From assembly GCA_963779415.1 (NCBI GenBank), contig CAVZYA010000001.1, positions 1,888,001 to 1,952,000 on the forward strand: a stretch of DNA of 64,000 nt, written 5' to 3'. The DNA comes from an uncultured Acidobacteriota bacterium (GTDB lineage: Bacteria > Acidobacteriota > Thermoanaerobaculia > UBA5066). The number at the start of each line of letters is the position of its first letter. Position 1 is the first letter of the stretch. A program made the translations under genes and the position numbers. Shown here in pieces: positions 1 to 11,396 of the stretch. The notes under the pieces were generated by a model. That model worked only from the letters and a program-made list of their open reading frames with translations, searched no databases and was not told the origin of the DNA.

Positions 1-10
1 GGGGGGCCCG

Positions 11-1345
11 GTGACGGCCTGCGCCATCCGAGTGAACGGTCTCGGAAAGGAGTATCCGCTCCGGCATGGACGCACGCCCTACAAGACGGCGAGAGAGGCG
101 ATCGTCAAGGCGCTCTCTGCCCCCTTTCGGCGTCTCCACAGCAGCTCGCCCGGCGGCGGCAACGCCCGGGCCGAGCGGTTCTGGGCTCTCAGGGACGTCT
201 CCTTCGACGTGTCGCCCGGCGAAGTCGTCGGCATCATCGGGCGGAACGGCGCCGGGAAGAGCACCCTTCTCAAGGTGCTCTCTCGCATTACCGACCCGTC
301 CGAGGGCTCCGCGGAAATTCACGGCCGGGTCGGCTCCCTGCTCGAGGTCGGGACCGGCTTCCACCCCGAACTCACCGGGCGCGAGAACATCTTCATGAAC
401 GGCGCCATTCTCGGCATGAGGCGAGCGGAGATCATCAGGCGATTCGACGAGATCGTCGCTTTCGCCGAGACCGAGAAGTTCCTCGACACCGCAGTGAAGC
501 ATTACTCGAGCGGTATGTACCTTCGGCTGGCTTTTGCAGTCGCCGCTCACCTCGAACCAGAGATCCTCATCGTGGACGAAGTCCTGGCCGTCGGCGATGC
601 GGCCTTTCAACGGAAGTGCCTCGGAAAGATGGGCCAGGTCGCGAACGAGGGCCGCACGGTTCTCCTCGTCAGTCACAACATGCAGGCGATCACGACGCTC
701 TGTCGGAACGCCATCCTTCTCGACGGCGGTCGCATCGCGCTGTTCGGATCTTCCGGTCAGGTCGTCTCCACCTATCTACAGCCCGACGCCGCCCAACTGA
801 AGGAACAGCAAAAGACCTTCCAGGATCCGTCCCAGGCGCCGGGCAATGACAAGATTCGCGTTCGTGCCGTCCGCGTCGTTCCCGAGGGCGCGTCAGACAA
901 CTCCGAAATCGGAATCGAGACGCCGGTGCGCGTCGAGATCGACTACTGGAGCCTGCAGGCCGGCGCCATCGTGCTTCTCGTTCTCGATCTCTACACGCTG
1001 GACGGGACCGTCGTGTTCCAGTCCCTCTCCGTTGACGATCCGAGTTGGCAGGGTCGACCCCTGCCGCCAGGCCTTTATCGCAGCGTCTGTCTAATCCCCG
1101 GGAATTTTCTGAACCAGGGCTCCTACCGGCTTCGCGTCGTCTTCATTGACGAGCCCGGCACGGCGATTGTCTTCGATTACCCGTCTGCCGCCCTTTTCAC
1201 CGTCCATGACGTCTCCGAACGGCGCATTTCATGGTACGGACGCTTCCTCGGGGTCGTGCGCCCGCGCTTGTGCTGGAGCACGGCCGCCTTGCCCTCCGAT
1301 GGGAAAACGCCTCCCGAAATACCGCCGCCGAAACCGGACAGATAA
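11..1345 (+). CDS. wzt: Polysaccharide ABC exporter ATP-binding subunit with C-terminal Wzt_C domain
   Basis: Walker A GRNGAGKST, YSSGM signature, ILIVDEVLAVGD, GTGFHPELTGREN; C-terminal beta-rich extension. Confidence 0.92.
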   Translation: MTACAIRVNGLGKEYPLRHGRTPYKTAREAIVKALSAPFRRLHSSSPGGGNARAERFWALRDVSFDVSPGEVVGIIGRNGAGKSTLLKVLSRITDPSEGSAEIHGRVGSLLEVGTGFHPELTGRENIFMNGAILGMRRAEIIRRFDEIVAFAETEKFLDTAVKHYSSGMYLRLAFAVAAHLEPEILIVDEVLAVGDAAFQRKCLGKMGQVANEGRTVLLVSHNMQAITTLCRNAILLDGGRIALFGSSGQVVSTYLQPDAAQLKEQQKTFQDPSQAPGNDKIRVRAVRVVPEGASDNSEIGIETPVRVEIDYWSLQAGAIVLLVLDLYTLDGTVVFQSLSVDDPSWQGRPLPPGLYRSVCLIPGNFLNQGSYRLRVVFIDEPGTAIVFDYPSAALFTVHDVSERRISWYGRFLGVVRPRLCWSTAALPSDGKTPPEIPPPKPDR

Positions 1346-1374
1346 ACACCCCCGGCGATCCGTCTCGGCCACGC

Positions 1375-2760
1375 CTAAAGATACCGCTCGGGCATTCCGA
1401 CGATAACGCACTGTTCGATCAGAGGCTCCATCTCTTCGGACCACGCTCCGGCCGCCAACGCCCGGGACACTCTCGCGTTGACAGACGCCCTCCTCGGCAT
1501 GTATTCGACGCATGCAGCGTTCTCGAACTCATACCACTCCGAAGGAAACCTCAACTCCAACGTCAGATTGCCGTCGCTGTCTCTGCTGACCTCTTCGTAC
1601 AGTGGATTCAGACGTAGTCGTCCCGTAGCGTGCGGCCACGTCCCGAACGTCGGGTAATTCATGAACACGCCCTCATTCTCGGACGCCACGAGAGAGAGCC
1701 ATTTACGGGTCTTGAGGTGCGCTATGTCTGATGGTTGTTTCAGCTGCGGGCCCATCTTCTTTACGTATCCCCTCAGCAGCTCTTCCTCGGAGACCACTCG
1801 CCCATGGAGGCCGTCGAAGAGCCTCGAATAGCCGTCCACGGTCAATTCGTAGCCCTCTCGAGGTTCGATTTCCCTGTTACCGAATCGTGACAGAATGATC
1901 ACGCCTCGCCGCTCCGTGACGCGCTTCATCTCCGAAGCGCATTGCCACCGTCCGAGAAAATAGTGGAAGGCATCCGAGCAGAAGACACCGCAAAACGTCT
2001 CGGAACGAAACGGAAGCCGTCTATCAGCCTCGGAACAGATGAAATCCGCGTCCGGCGCGACCAGAGCTTTCGCCACATAAACCTGGAAGAAATTGCGATC
2101 AATACCTATTACCGGCCGACCGGGACGCCTCGTAAGCCAATAATGCATATAATGGCCAAAGCCGCACGCCAGGTCCAGAATGGGCTTGGCCGAATCCGGA
2201 AAAAGGCTTGCCAGAGAGAGGCCCGCGAGGTGGCGGGGCTGAGCGAACATATAGGCGAAATGGTTGAAAAGCTCGCTGTGCAGTGAGTGTCCATAGTAAT
2301 AGTCGATGAGAGCGAGAGCCGTGGTCCTCCCCCTTGCACCGATCAGAAGCTCCCGGTCGCGGCGCTGCTGAGCCGACCACAGCCGATTGGCCAGACGCAT
2401 CATCGGTCTGCGCACACGTTCAGGCGCGCACGCCGCCACGGCCAGTAGTCGGCCCGCAAGATTTTCTGGAATGACCAGGAGAGATAACAGGGCCTTCTCG
2501 TTTTCGCCGGACCTGAGAAGCGCGACCAGGTCCCTGGTGTCCGGTCCGATCTGCCAGACGGAATCCTTCGTCTGCTGCATGAGGTTTACTCGACCTTCAG
2601 CTCTGAAGATCGGTATTCCTCCGACGACGGGATATTCGCTGCATTCACACGTCAGGATTCCGTATTCGATTTCGCTCTTTGGCGAAGCAGACGTCGCGCT
2701 CGCGACGAGAGGACCGCCGCAATTGGGACACAGGAGCTGTTCCAACAGGCTCGCCTTCAT
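1375..2760 (-). CDS. Class I SAM-dependent methyltransferase with N-terminal Trm112-like Cys motif
   Basis: LLCPNCGGPL...GILTCECSEYPVVGGIP; motif I ILDLACGFG; LPFRSETF. Confidence 0.8.
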   Translation of the reverse strand: MKASLLEQLLCPNCGGPLVASATSASPKSEIEYGILTCECSEYPVVGGIPIFRAEGRVNLMQQTKDSVWQIGPDTRDLVALLRSGENEKALLSLLVIPENLAGRLLAVAACAPERVRRPMMRLANRLWSAQQRRDRELLIGARGRTTALALIDYYYGHSLHSELFNHFAYMFAQPRHLAGLSLASLFPDSAKPILDLACGFGHYMHYWLTRRPGRPVIGIDRNFFQVYVAKALVAPDADFICSEADRRLPFRSETFCGVFCSDAFHYFLGRWQCASEMKRVTERRGVIILSRFGNREIEPREGYELTVDGYSRLFDGLHGRVVSEEELLRGYVKKMGPQLKQPSDIAHLKTRKWLSLVASENEGVFMNYPTFGTWPHATGRLRLNPLYEEVSRDSDGNLTLELRFPSEWYEFENAACVEYMPRRASVNARVSRALAAGAWSEEMEPLIEQCVIVGMPERYL

Positions 2761-2984
2761 ACGCGCCTCGCGGCATGTTATTACATTCGCTTTCAGCGGT
2801 GAACGAGTCGAGATCCTGTCGCTGCGTCAATGAAGAGGGCCGGGCTCGACATGAAACCGAACCCGCGGATGCACGGGCTTTCTTCAAGGCGCTCTTCGTC
2901 CGGGGTCTCGAGGAGCACGTCTCGCCCGGCAGAGGCGTAGACTTCCGACGCGATGAGTCCGGCTTCGGCGATCGGGAGGAAACG

Positions 2985-4556
2985 ATGCGCGCACCAATCG
3001 ACGAAAAGCTTGACGGAAGGCATCGCTTTAGCGCGGTTCTGGGGCTATTTGTCCCGGCTCTTTTCGCATACGGCTTCCTCTTCACACTCGTAACGGCAGT
3101 CGATTCCGGCCAACTCGTCCCTTTTCAGCAACAGCGACGTCGAGCGGCTGTTCCAACCAAAGTTCCTACGGTCTTACACGCAGCCGGCTTCGTTACTTAC
3201 CCTCTCGTGGCTTCCGGGGATCATCGCTATCTTCAGGATCAGAGCGGGCAGCCGTTTCCCATTCTGGGGCGAGTCGCGTGGGACATACCCTCGCTGAGTC
3301 TCTCGGACTATCAGCTTTTCGTCGACGATACGGTGGCGAAGGGCTTTAACGCCATCCTGCTCAACTTTCTGGACCGGGATGGATATAACGCTCCGTTCGA
3401 CGGAAACAACCAGCTTCCGTTCATCAAGAAACTCGACGGCACGGTATGGGACGGCTCGATGGCGGCGGGCGTGAATCCCGATTACACGACGCCCAACGAG
3501 ACCTACTGGCAGCACATCGACGGGATGCTCGATTACGCGTCTCAGAAGGGATTGCTTTGTCTTGTATTCCCGAGTTACGTCGGCCAGAACGGCAATCTCA
3601 CCGCCGGCTGGATGCAGCCGATGACCTCCAACGGGCCTACAAGGATGAGCGCCTACGGAGCCTTTCTCGCCAACAGGTACAAGACCTACGGAAATCTCGT
3701 CTGGATGCTGGGGGGGGATTACGGCTCGCCACCGGCCTCGTTCTCCGCGCCGGAGCTGGCCGTCGAGCAGGCTCTGCTTTCGGGTTTGAAGAGCGTCGCC
3801 GGCCAGCAGAGCGTCAACTTTTCCGCCGATTGGGCTGGCGATTCGATCTATACGTCGCAGACCGATGCCACGCTGAAGGCGGCCGGAACGCTTCAGGGGG
3901 CTTACACATGGAACTCCGTTTCGGAGTGGTGCCGGAGCGGCTACGCGGCGACCCCGGCGATGCCCGCGTATCTCGTCGAAGGACCTTATGACGAGGAAGG
4001 GCCGGATGGAACGGACGACAATCCAGGCGCCACCCAGCCCGTGCGCCGCTTCCAGTGGTGGAGCGTTCTTTCCAGCATAGGCGGCTACGTCACGGGCAAC
4101 GGCTACGTCTGGAAGTTCATGCCCGGCATCTGGAACAATCACCTGAACACTCAGGGCGCGCAGGACATGGCGCGACTCAATGCGTTCGTTCGATCCATCG
4201 CCTGGTACCACCTGGTCCCGTCCGGTCTGAATGGCATGAAGACGATCATCACGGCGGGCGGCTCGAGCGTGACGGCGTCGGACTACGTGGCCGCGGCGGC
4301 CGACCCGGCCGGAACGCTTCTCGTCGCCTACGTCCCGCCCGACCACACGGGGACGATCACCGTGGACATGACCGTCATGGGCGGAGCGGCGCGAGCACGC
4401 TGGTTCAACCCGGCGACGGCAGCCTATACGCTGATCAGTTCGAGTCTCGCCAATACCGGCACCTACACCTTCACACCGCCCGGCGACAATGGCTCGTGGT
4501 ATACCGACTGGGTCCTCGTTCTGGATCCGGCGACTTCGACACATGCATTGAGGTAG
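2985..4556 (+). CDS. Secreted DUF4038/GH140 (apiosidase-like) hydrolase with C-terminal collagen-binding-like domain, no SLH tail
   Basis: GGAGG before ATG 2985; hydrophobic N-terminus; [32 protein letters not shown]. Confidence 0.72.
   Translation: MRAPIDEKLDGRHRFSAVLGLFVPALFAYGFLFTLVTAVDSGQLVPFQQQRRRAAVPTKVPTVLHAAGFVTYPLVASGDHRYLQDQSGQPFPILGRVAWDIPSLSLSDYQLFVDDTVAKGFNAILLNFLDRDGYNAPFDGNNQLPFIKKLDGTVWDGSMAAGVNPDYTTPNETYWQHIDGMLDYASQKGLLCLVFPSYVGQNGNLTAGWMQPMTSNGPTRMSAYGAFLANRYKTYGNLVWMLGGDYGSPPASFSAPELAVEQALLSGLKSVAGQQSVNFSADWAGDSIYTSQTDATLKAAGTLQGAYTWNSVSEWCRSGYAATPAMPAYLVEGPYDEEGPDGTDDNPGATQPVRRFQWWSVLSSIGGYVTGNGYVWKFMPGIWNNHLNTQGAQDMARLNAFVRSIAWYHLVPSGLNGMKTIITAGGSSVTASDYVAAAADPAGTLLVAYVPPDHTGTITVDMTVMGGAARARWFNPATAAYTLISSSLANTGTYTFTPPGDNGSWYTDWVLVLDPATSTHALR
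3197..4532 (+). repeat. 1.34-kb inverted repeat, copy 1 (partner 18494-19829)
   Basis: Read against the reverse complement of 18494-19829: I found three synonymous differences in the body and a few more in the last ~36 bp. Confidence 0.93.
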
Positions 4557-4860
4557 ACGTGCCGCTGCCGGTACCCGGCATGGGTCCGAGCAGCCGCCAG
4601 CTTCCCCAGGCGCCGCCGAAGCAGCCGAACTTCTTCTTCTACCGGAAGTAAGTCGGTTCGGCCACCCCCATCTTCCGCCAGATCTCCTCCACCCGCGTTC
4701 CCGCCTTCCCCCGCCGCTGGGCCACCGCGATCTGCTCCTCCGAGTACCGGCGCTTCCTCATCGATCCGTCCTCCCGGACCCTTCCCGAGCCTCAGAACGT
4801 ACCGAACGCCACGCCATTTACGAGAGCCGCCCCGGACCAGGAATCGGGGAGAAGACCCGG
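4550..4860 (-). mobile_element. Degenerate IS3-family remnant (OrfA start joined to an OrfB scrap)
   Basis: From ATG 4761: MRKRRYSEEQIAVAQRRGKAGTRVEEIWRKMGVAEPTYFR*KKKFG (OrfA HTH, W->TAG); then LAAARTHAGYRQRHVYL resembling OrfB GYRR motif. Confidence 0.8.
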
Positions 4861-4941
4861 CAGATGATCTTCCTGCCGCAGTCAAGAGCGGGTGCGGCTG
4901 CGACTCAGGCTTGATATCCTTCTTCCGAGCCAAAGGAGCAA

Positions 4942-7788
4942 GTGATGCGTACACTCTGGGGCCGGATCTTCCCGCTGTTGTTCCTCACCGCTGGCACCGC
5001 CGCTGGCAGCGTTACTCTCGTCGGTTCCCCGAGCCACGGTCACGCCACGGCCACCTCGCTCACGATCTCACACACGAACTCGGGCGACTACCTCGTTGTC
5101 GCGGTCTTCAACCACAGCTACCCGGAGGCGACCGCCGTCACTTACAACGGCGTGTCGCATGACACGGCTGAATGTCGCCGGCCCCATCGGGCAGACCGAG
5201 ATGGTCATTCTATTCGGGCTCGCCGCGCCCGCCTCCGGTACTCACGATATCGTGGTTACGGACGGCGGGAACTCTCGGTATTTCTATGTGGTCGCGCAGT
5301 CCGTTCGAGCGGCGTGCATCAGACACGCCCGTTCCGTCCGGGTGGCGGTGACTATCGAGCCTTTCTCACGGCACCGTTCACCTATACCGTGCCGTCCGAA
5401 ACCGGGTGGATGGTGCTCGACGCGCTGTGGACCGACGCGAACCACGGTGGCAGCATCGCTCCGAGCGGTGACAATACCCTCGTTGTATTTCGAGCACAAC
5501 GGCTTCGGCATGGGCATGTCCTTCGCCCCCGGAGCTGCGACCGTCACGATGGGGTGGACGTGGCCCGATACCCCTCTCGTTTGTCCATTCCATCGTTCAG
5601 TTGCGCCCGGCCACGGACGACGCGCCGGACGTAACGCTGGACAACGCGGGCGCGCCTGCCTACGCTGCCAGTACCACGACGGCGGACGCCACCGTTACGG
5701 TCGGCGCCGGGACGAATCGCGCTCTGACCGCCGCGCTCGTCTTCGACAACAAGTCAGTCTCCGGCGTCTCCGTCGTCTACGATCCGGCGGGCGCGAACCA
5801 GTCGCTCTCTCTCATCAAGAGCGAGGTCACGTCGGGCAGCTGGGGACGCGCGGAGCTGTGGGGCCTCCTTGCTCCGGCCACCGGCACGAGCAAGACCCTG
5901 CGTGTCAGCTGGACCGGCTCGTCGGACATCGAGGTTGCCGGGGCGTCGTGGACGAACGTGGACAGACGGCGGACGCAGCTTCGCCCACGCGCATCAAACA
6001 CAGGCACTACCGACGACCTACAACCCTCCAGATCACGAGCGGAGTCCACAACGTCACGTCGACTGCGCCGTCGCCATCGGCGGGTATCACCGACACGAAC
6101 TGGGCAGCGCAGATGATGCTGTTCGGTCCCTCATATCTATCAACATCGGGACCGGCGCCATCTCCAATTACCAGCCCGGTTCTACGACCGGCTATCATTG
6201 GCTGAACGGCCAGCTGGGCGCGAGCATCTGGGCGATCGTGGGCTGCGACATCGTGGTGGCGGGCTGCACGCCGCCCGCCACGCCGACCATCACCCCCGGC
6301 GGCCCGACGACGTTCTGCGCGGGCGGGAGCGTCACGCTCACGTCGTCGAGCGCGACGGGCAACCAGTGGTACCTCAACGGCAACCCGATCGGCGGCGCCA
6401 CCTCCCCGCAGTACAACGCCACCGCCTCGGGCGACTACACCGTCACCGTCACGGCCGGCGGCTGCACCAGCGCCCCTTCCGCCGCGACCACGGTCGTCGT
6501 CAACCCGGTGCCGGCCATCCCTGTCATCACGGCGCCGGCCCGGCGTTCGCGGGGGCAACGGGACTCATCGCGAGCGTCCCGCTCCATGCCGGGAGCAGCT
6601 ACAGCTGGGGCATCACGAACGGCACGATCACCGCCGGCGCCACGACGAACCAGATCACCTTCACGGCGGGAGCTTCGGGCACGATCGTCCCTCCGCCGTG
6701 ACCGAGACGAACGCCGCAGGCTGCGCCTCGCCGACCGGCCAACGCATACGTCCCGATCGTCATCGTCCAGCCCGCCGGCCTCGTCGAGGACGCCCACGCG
6801 ACACGGCGGGAACGAGTCTCGAACGTCAACGGCGTCCTCGAGCCGGGCGAGACGGTCCTCGTCAACGCCTCCTGGAAGAACACTGGGCGCCTCGCCGCTG
6901 GCCCTCACCGGAACGGCTTCCGCTTTCACCGGACCGGCCGGCGCCACTTACTCCCTCCTCGACTCCGTCGCCGACTACGGGACCATCGCCCCCGGAGCCA
7001 CGGCCGACAGCTGGTCGGTCGGGGTGGCCTCCTACCGCCTCTCCGTCTCCAATCCGGCGACCCGCCCCGCCGCCCACTGGGACGCCACCTTCCTCGAGAC
7101 GCTCAGCTCCCTCGAGCAGAAGACCTGGACCCTTCACATCGGACAGAGCTTCACGGACGTACCCGTCTCCGACGGCGCCTACCGCTTCGTCGAGACCCTT
7201 CTCCACAACCTGATCACCGCCGGCTGCGGCGGCGGCAACTACTGCCCCGCCAGCGACGTCACCCGCTGGCAGATGGCCGTCTTCCTCGCCACCGCCATGG
7301 TCGGCCCCACCGGCACCGTGCCGACGAGCGGGATCGTCCCGGGCGTGGGCACGTACAACTGCACCTCCGGCGGCAACTCCCTCTTCGCCGACATCCCGCC
7401 GACCGACGGGGGCTGCAAGTTCATCCACTACACCTATGCGGCAGGAATCACCGCCGGATGCGGCGGCGGGAACTACTGCCCGGCCTCGAACATCAGCCGC
7501 TGGCAGATGGCGGTCTTTCTCGCCACGGCCATGGTCGGCCCGACCGGCACCGTGCCGACGAGCGGGACCGTCCCGGGCGTGGGCACCTACAACTGCACTT
7601 CGGGCGGCAACTCCCTCTTCAGCGACGTCCCGCCGACGGACCCGGGCTGCAGGTTCATCCACTACATCTATGCGGGAGGGGTCACCGCCGGCTGTGGCGG
7701 CGGCAAGTACTGCCCCGCGAGCAACGTCACCCGCTGGCAGATGGCGCCCTTCCTCGTCACCGCTTTCCAGATCCCTCTTCTCTACTGA
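4942..7788 (+). pseudogene. Multiply frameshifted secreted surface protein: two uncharacterised beta-rich domains, two Ig-like domains, GLVED domain, 3x SLH-like
   Basis: Coherent protein pieced together from ORFs 4942, 5096, 5601, 6198, 5869; C-terminal [13 protein letters not shown]...[10 protein letters not shown] x3. Frameshifts may be sequencing errors. Confidence 0.72.
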
Positions 7789-7975
7789 CTCGCTGCAGAG
7801 GCCGCTCTGTCGCTCTTCTCGGCCTCTGGAGAAGCTCGCGACCGCGCCGTCTCCGGTCCTCGTTCCTGAAACTCCTGGCGGTACTTCCCGTTCGGCCCCC
7901 AAGAGTCTCAATCCTCTACGACACCTCTCGCTCGGCCGGACAGAAACTTTGAAGTCAGGGTCGTACTCCCGACTC

Positions 7976-10154
7976 TCATTGCGTCGTTGGTGACGGGCGC
8001 GGAGTCTCCGGGAGGTTCCCCGGCATCAAAGGGCCTCGCCACGGTTCATGCTCCTGCGCCCTCACGATGAAGGCGTTGAAGGGCCGACCCGTTGGCCCGC
8101 GCGCCGTGTAGCCGATCCCGGCGGCGGCCGTCAGGCCGTCCATCGGAAGGGAGACGGTCCCGCCGGCGTACGTGCCCGAGTAGACCGGCTCCGCGTAATA
8201 GTCCTGCGCGTTCATGATGTTGATGGCGGTGCCGACGGCGACGGCGGACGACAGATCGACGTCGACGCTTGTCAGGTTCTCCCAGTTGTAGACGTAGATG
8301 TTGGCGCGGTTCGCCTCGTAGGCGTTGGGCCGGACGACCACGAGGTTCGTGGTCGGCTTCGCGGGCGGGGTGTAGTAGGTATTGGTCGGGAAGTCGGCCT
8401 GCGTGAAGTTCCTCCAGGGTGCCGATGATCGTGTTCCCGTCGATCGTCATCGCATCCCATTTCGAGGAAGGGCTCGGCACCTTCGTCGCATGGTGAATGA
8501 CGTTGTCCGTCACCGCGAAGTTCGTCATGTCGGCCATGTCGTAGCCGATGTTCACGCCGTTGTCCCAGAGGTAGTTCTCCGTGAAGACGCTGTCGGTCAG
8601 GAGGAAGCCCGCGAGGCCGCCGAGCATGACGTCACTGTAGACATACAGGTTCCCCTCGAACCTCGTATTCATGCAGGAGGCGCCGCTGGAGCCGTAAGCC
8701 TGCATTCCGTAGGCGACCTGGTCGAGGAAGATGTTGTCCTTGACGAGCTTGCCGGTTCCGGCGGTCTTCTGCTGGATGTACATCCCGTGGCCGTGGCCGT
8801 AGAGGTTCGGCGTCCAGTTCCACGCCATGTTTACGCTCGGAGCCCCTGCGGCGTAGGACATCCTGACGACGGGATTGTTGCCGGTAACGGCGCCACCGAG
8901 TCCCGTGTTGTCCCCGGAGGCGTGGTAGTCCTGAAGGGAGCAGTAGGAGTTGTAGATCGCGACGCCGTCCACGACCATGTGGTTTGCCGCCGATGTCGTC
9001 GTCGCGCCGAAGGGCGGAAGATGCACAGTTGTCGTTCACCACTTACCGCCTGTGCTCGGGGCCATCGTCTGGTTGACGTTCAGAACGACTGCGCCCCCGC
9101 AATGATGGGTCCGCCACCAGCGCCCCGCGAGTCGGTCACGACGACGTCATGCGTTCCAGTATGGCCCGCGATCCGAACACGGCAACGGGCCTTGAGTAGC
9201 CGTCCTTTCCGTTGAGGAGCGTCATCGCAACGCCGTCGTAGGTCGCGGACAGGTCCGTGTAGGGATTCACGTTCGACCGGAGCGACGACGACCGTGTAAT
9301 CGCCCGTGTTGTTGTGCGAGATCGTGATCGGTGAATAGCGCCCGCCCTGCCGCCGCTGAATGTTCCCGCGAGGGCGACCGGCGTGGCGCCCGCCGGGATC
9401 AGGTCGATGGCCGCCGCTGCTTCCGGCTCCCCGACGGGCGCATAATCACCGTTGTAGTAGACGAGGTTCCCGTAGAACTCGAGTCGTGCAGCCGCAGTTG
9501 CTGCGGGAAGGCACCCTCGCCGCCGTCGTGCAGGATGCAGTTGATGACCTTGCTGTGCGGCGCCGTGATCCAGACGCAGTCGCCGCGTTCGGCATTGAGC
9601 TTGAAATCGTTGGCGGGAACGATGCGGTCCGGGTTACTGTTCGTGATCTCCACGTCGCGCAAGATCAGGTATTCCCGTGGACGGTGATGTTGTTGTATCG
9701 CAGCCAGACGGTCGGTTGGCCGTTCCCGGCCTTGGCGGGGTCATAGTTCCCGTCGATGACGGCCCGTTCGCCGGGGTAGCCCGAAAGGTGATGTAGTGTC
9801 CCGCCGCGCCGTCGAGACTACAGAGAGAACTGCCCCGTGTACGTCCCGCCCCGGAGCCAGACGGTATCGCCCGGCTGAACCGTGTTGGCCGGGTAGCCGC
9901 CCAGGAGGGCCTGCGTCAATGTCCACGGATCGCCCACGGTCCCCTTTCCCGTGGCCGAACCCGTTGTCGAGGCGAAATATCCAGCGGGCGCGCCCGGGCC
10001 GTAGTGGCGGGTCGCCGTCCGGCCAGTCCCGGCACGCAGCCCCGCGCCGGCCGAAGCGAGAGGTGGGCCGCGCCGCTTCAGGGACGGCCGTGGCGTGGCA
10101 TCCGAGAATGAAAGAGACGAAGGTGAGGGCGAGACGAAGCAGAGCGGGTTTCAT
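7976..10154 (-). pseudogene. Multiply frameshifted secreted right-handed beta-helix protein with inserted domain
   Basis: Signal peptide at 10154; EITNSNPDR, KVINCILHDGGEG, GNLVYYNG, GHGHGMY, RPNAYEANRANIYVYNW all match paralog 12440-13813. Confidence 0.68.
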
Positions 10155-10341
10155 TTGTAGTACCTGACGATACCGCGATTACGGGCGAGCGGAGCGAGGG
10201 ATCTTGACCCGATTTCGATGACACATCGACCTACTTCTCCCGGTATCTTCCGGCCCACATCAAGTCGGGCGTCGCTCGGCTCCCCCTTCGGTCCCTCCAC
10301 GGCCGTTGATGCCGCAGCTCGCGCCCTCACGCTGCGATTAC

Positions 10342-11396
10342 TCAAAGATTGCCGTCAGAATCGAAGATACTGTACCGCATCCGCGAACGACGCGGCAGGA
10401 ACCGCGACGGCGGTTCGCAAAGAATCTGACACCGCCGTCGGAAGAACAGAAAGCCCGCCATCCGAAGCCACTTTTCCTCTTCGGGGCTCTGAGCATAGGC
10501 TTGCACCGTCTTACCGTTCGCCTCTATCGCCATCGATCGTATCGTCGAAAACAGGCTGATAAAACTCTCCCACGACAGCGGCCCACCAGTCGAACACGTA
10601 GAAATACGGCCGCCGCGGAGCCCACGATGCCATAGCTTCCGTCTTCCGTCCGCAAAGCATCGAGCGGTTCGGCAAAGCCCGGCAAACCATTGCACCGCCA
10701 AGCCAGGAACTCCTCGTCGTGAACTATGAACGGCTCAGCCTGACGCGCTTGCTGCTTCGCCACGAGTCCCGCCACCTCTCGCCACGATCCCTTCTCGACC
10801 GCCCCCTTTCCGTCTGGTCGGTGCCTCAAGAGCCTGCGGCCACGCCACCAGAAGACTGGACGGACGGCCGCACTAACCGCCGGGATAACCACGCTCAAAC
10901 GAGACGGAATCTTCCAACTCAATATATGCGCAGGATCAAGCGGGAACACCGCCATGGCCGGGCCCTCTAACGACGCGAAGCCGATCCGCCGCATGGTAAC
11001 GTCGGCGGCAGCACTCGGGTTGCTACCGAGCGTCACGATACCCCGAGCCAGGGCTGCATCAAATAACAGTGATGCGATTCCTCGCCGGCGAAGCGACGAG
11101 TCGACCATCAGATCGCAAGCCCATTGGCATCCGAAGCGTTCTCCATCGATGCTCACCGAGGCTGGAATCAGCCCCAGCTGTCCGACGACTTCGCTGCCCG
11201 ATAGCGCCAACAACAAGCCATCTACTGCTCCGCGATTCGGACCGCGGAATTTCCATCGATTGTATCGGTCCTCTCGACGGCGCCGTTTCGATGGCCACAT
11301 CTTCGTCGCAAATCGCACATGCGCTTCGCATGACCGCTCGTCGTAGGGCGCGATCGTTATCTTTCCTGAATCACTCTCGCCCGGCGTCTGCGTCAC
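10342..11396 (-). CDS. GNAT-family N-acetyltransferase (one frameshift near 10610)
   Basis: WACDLMVDSSLRRRGIASLL acetyl-CoA motif; C-terminus continues in ORF ending 10342. Confidence 0.78.

Noticed and set aside
2793-3023. 76-aa minus-strand ORF as a gene fragment
   Set aside because: No recognisable motif; overlaps the start of the plus-strand gene
4639-4641. In-frame TAG as pyrrolysine or readthrough
   Set aside because: Simple Trp nonsense mutation in a decayed transposase
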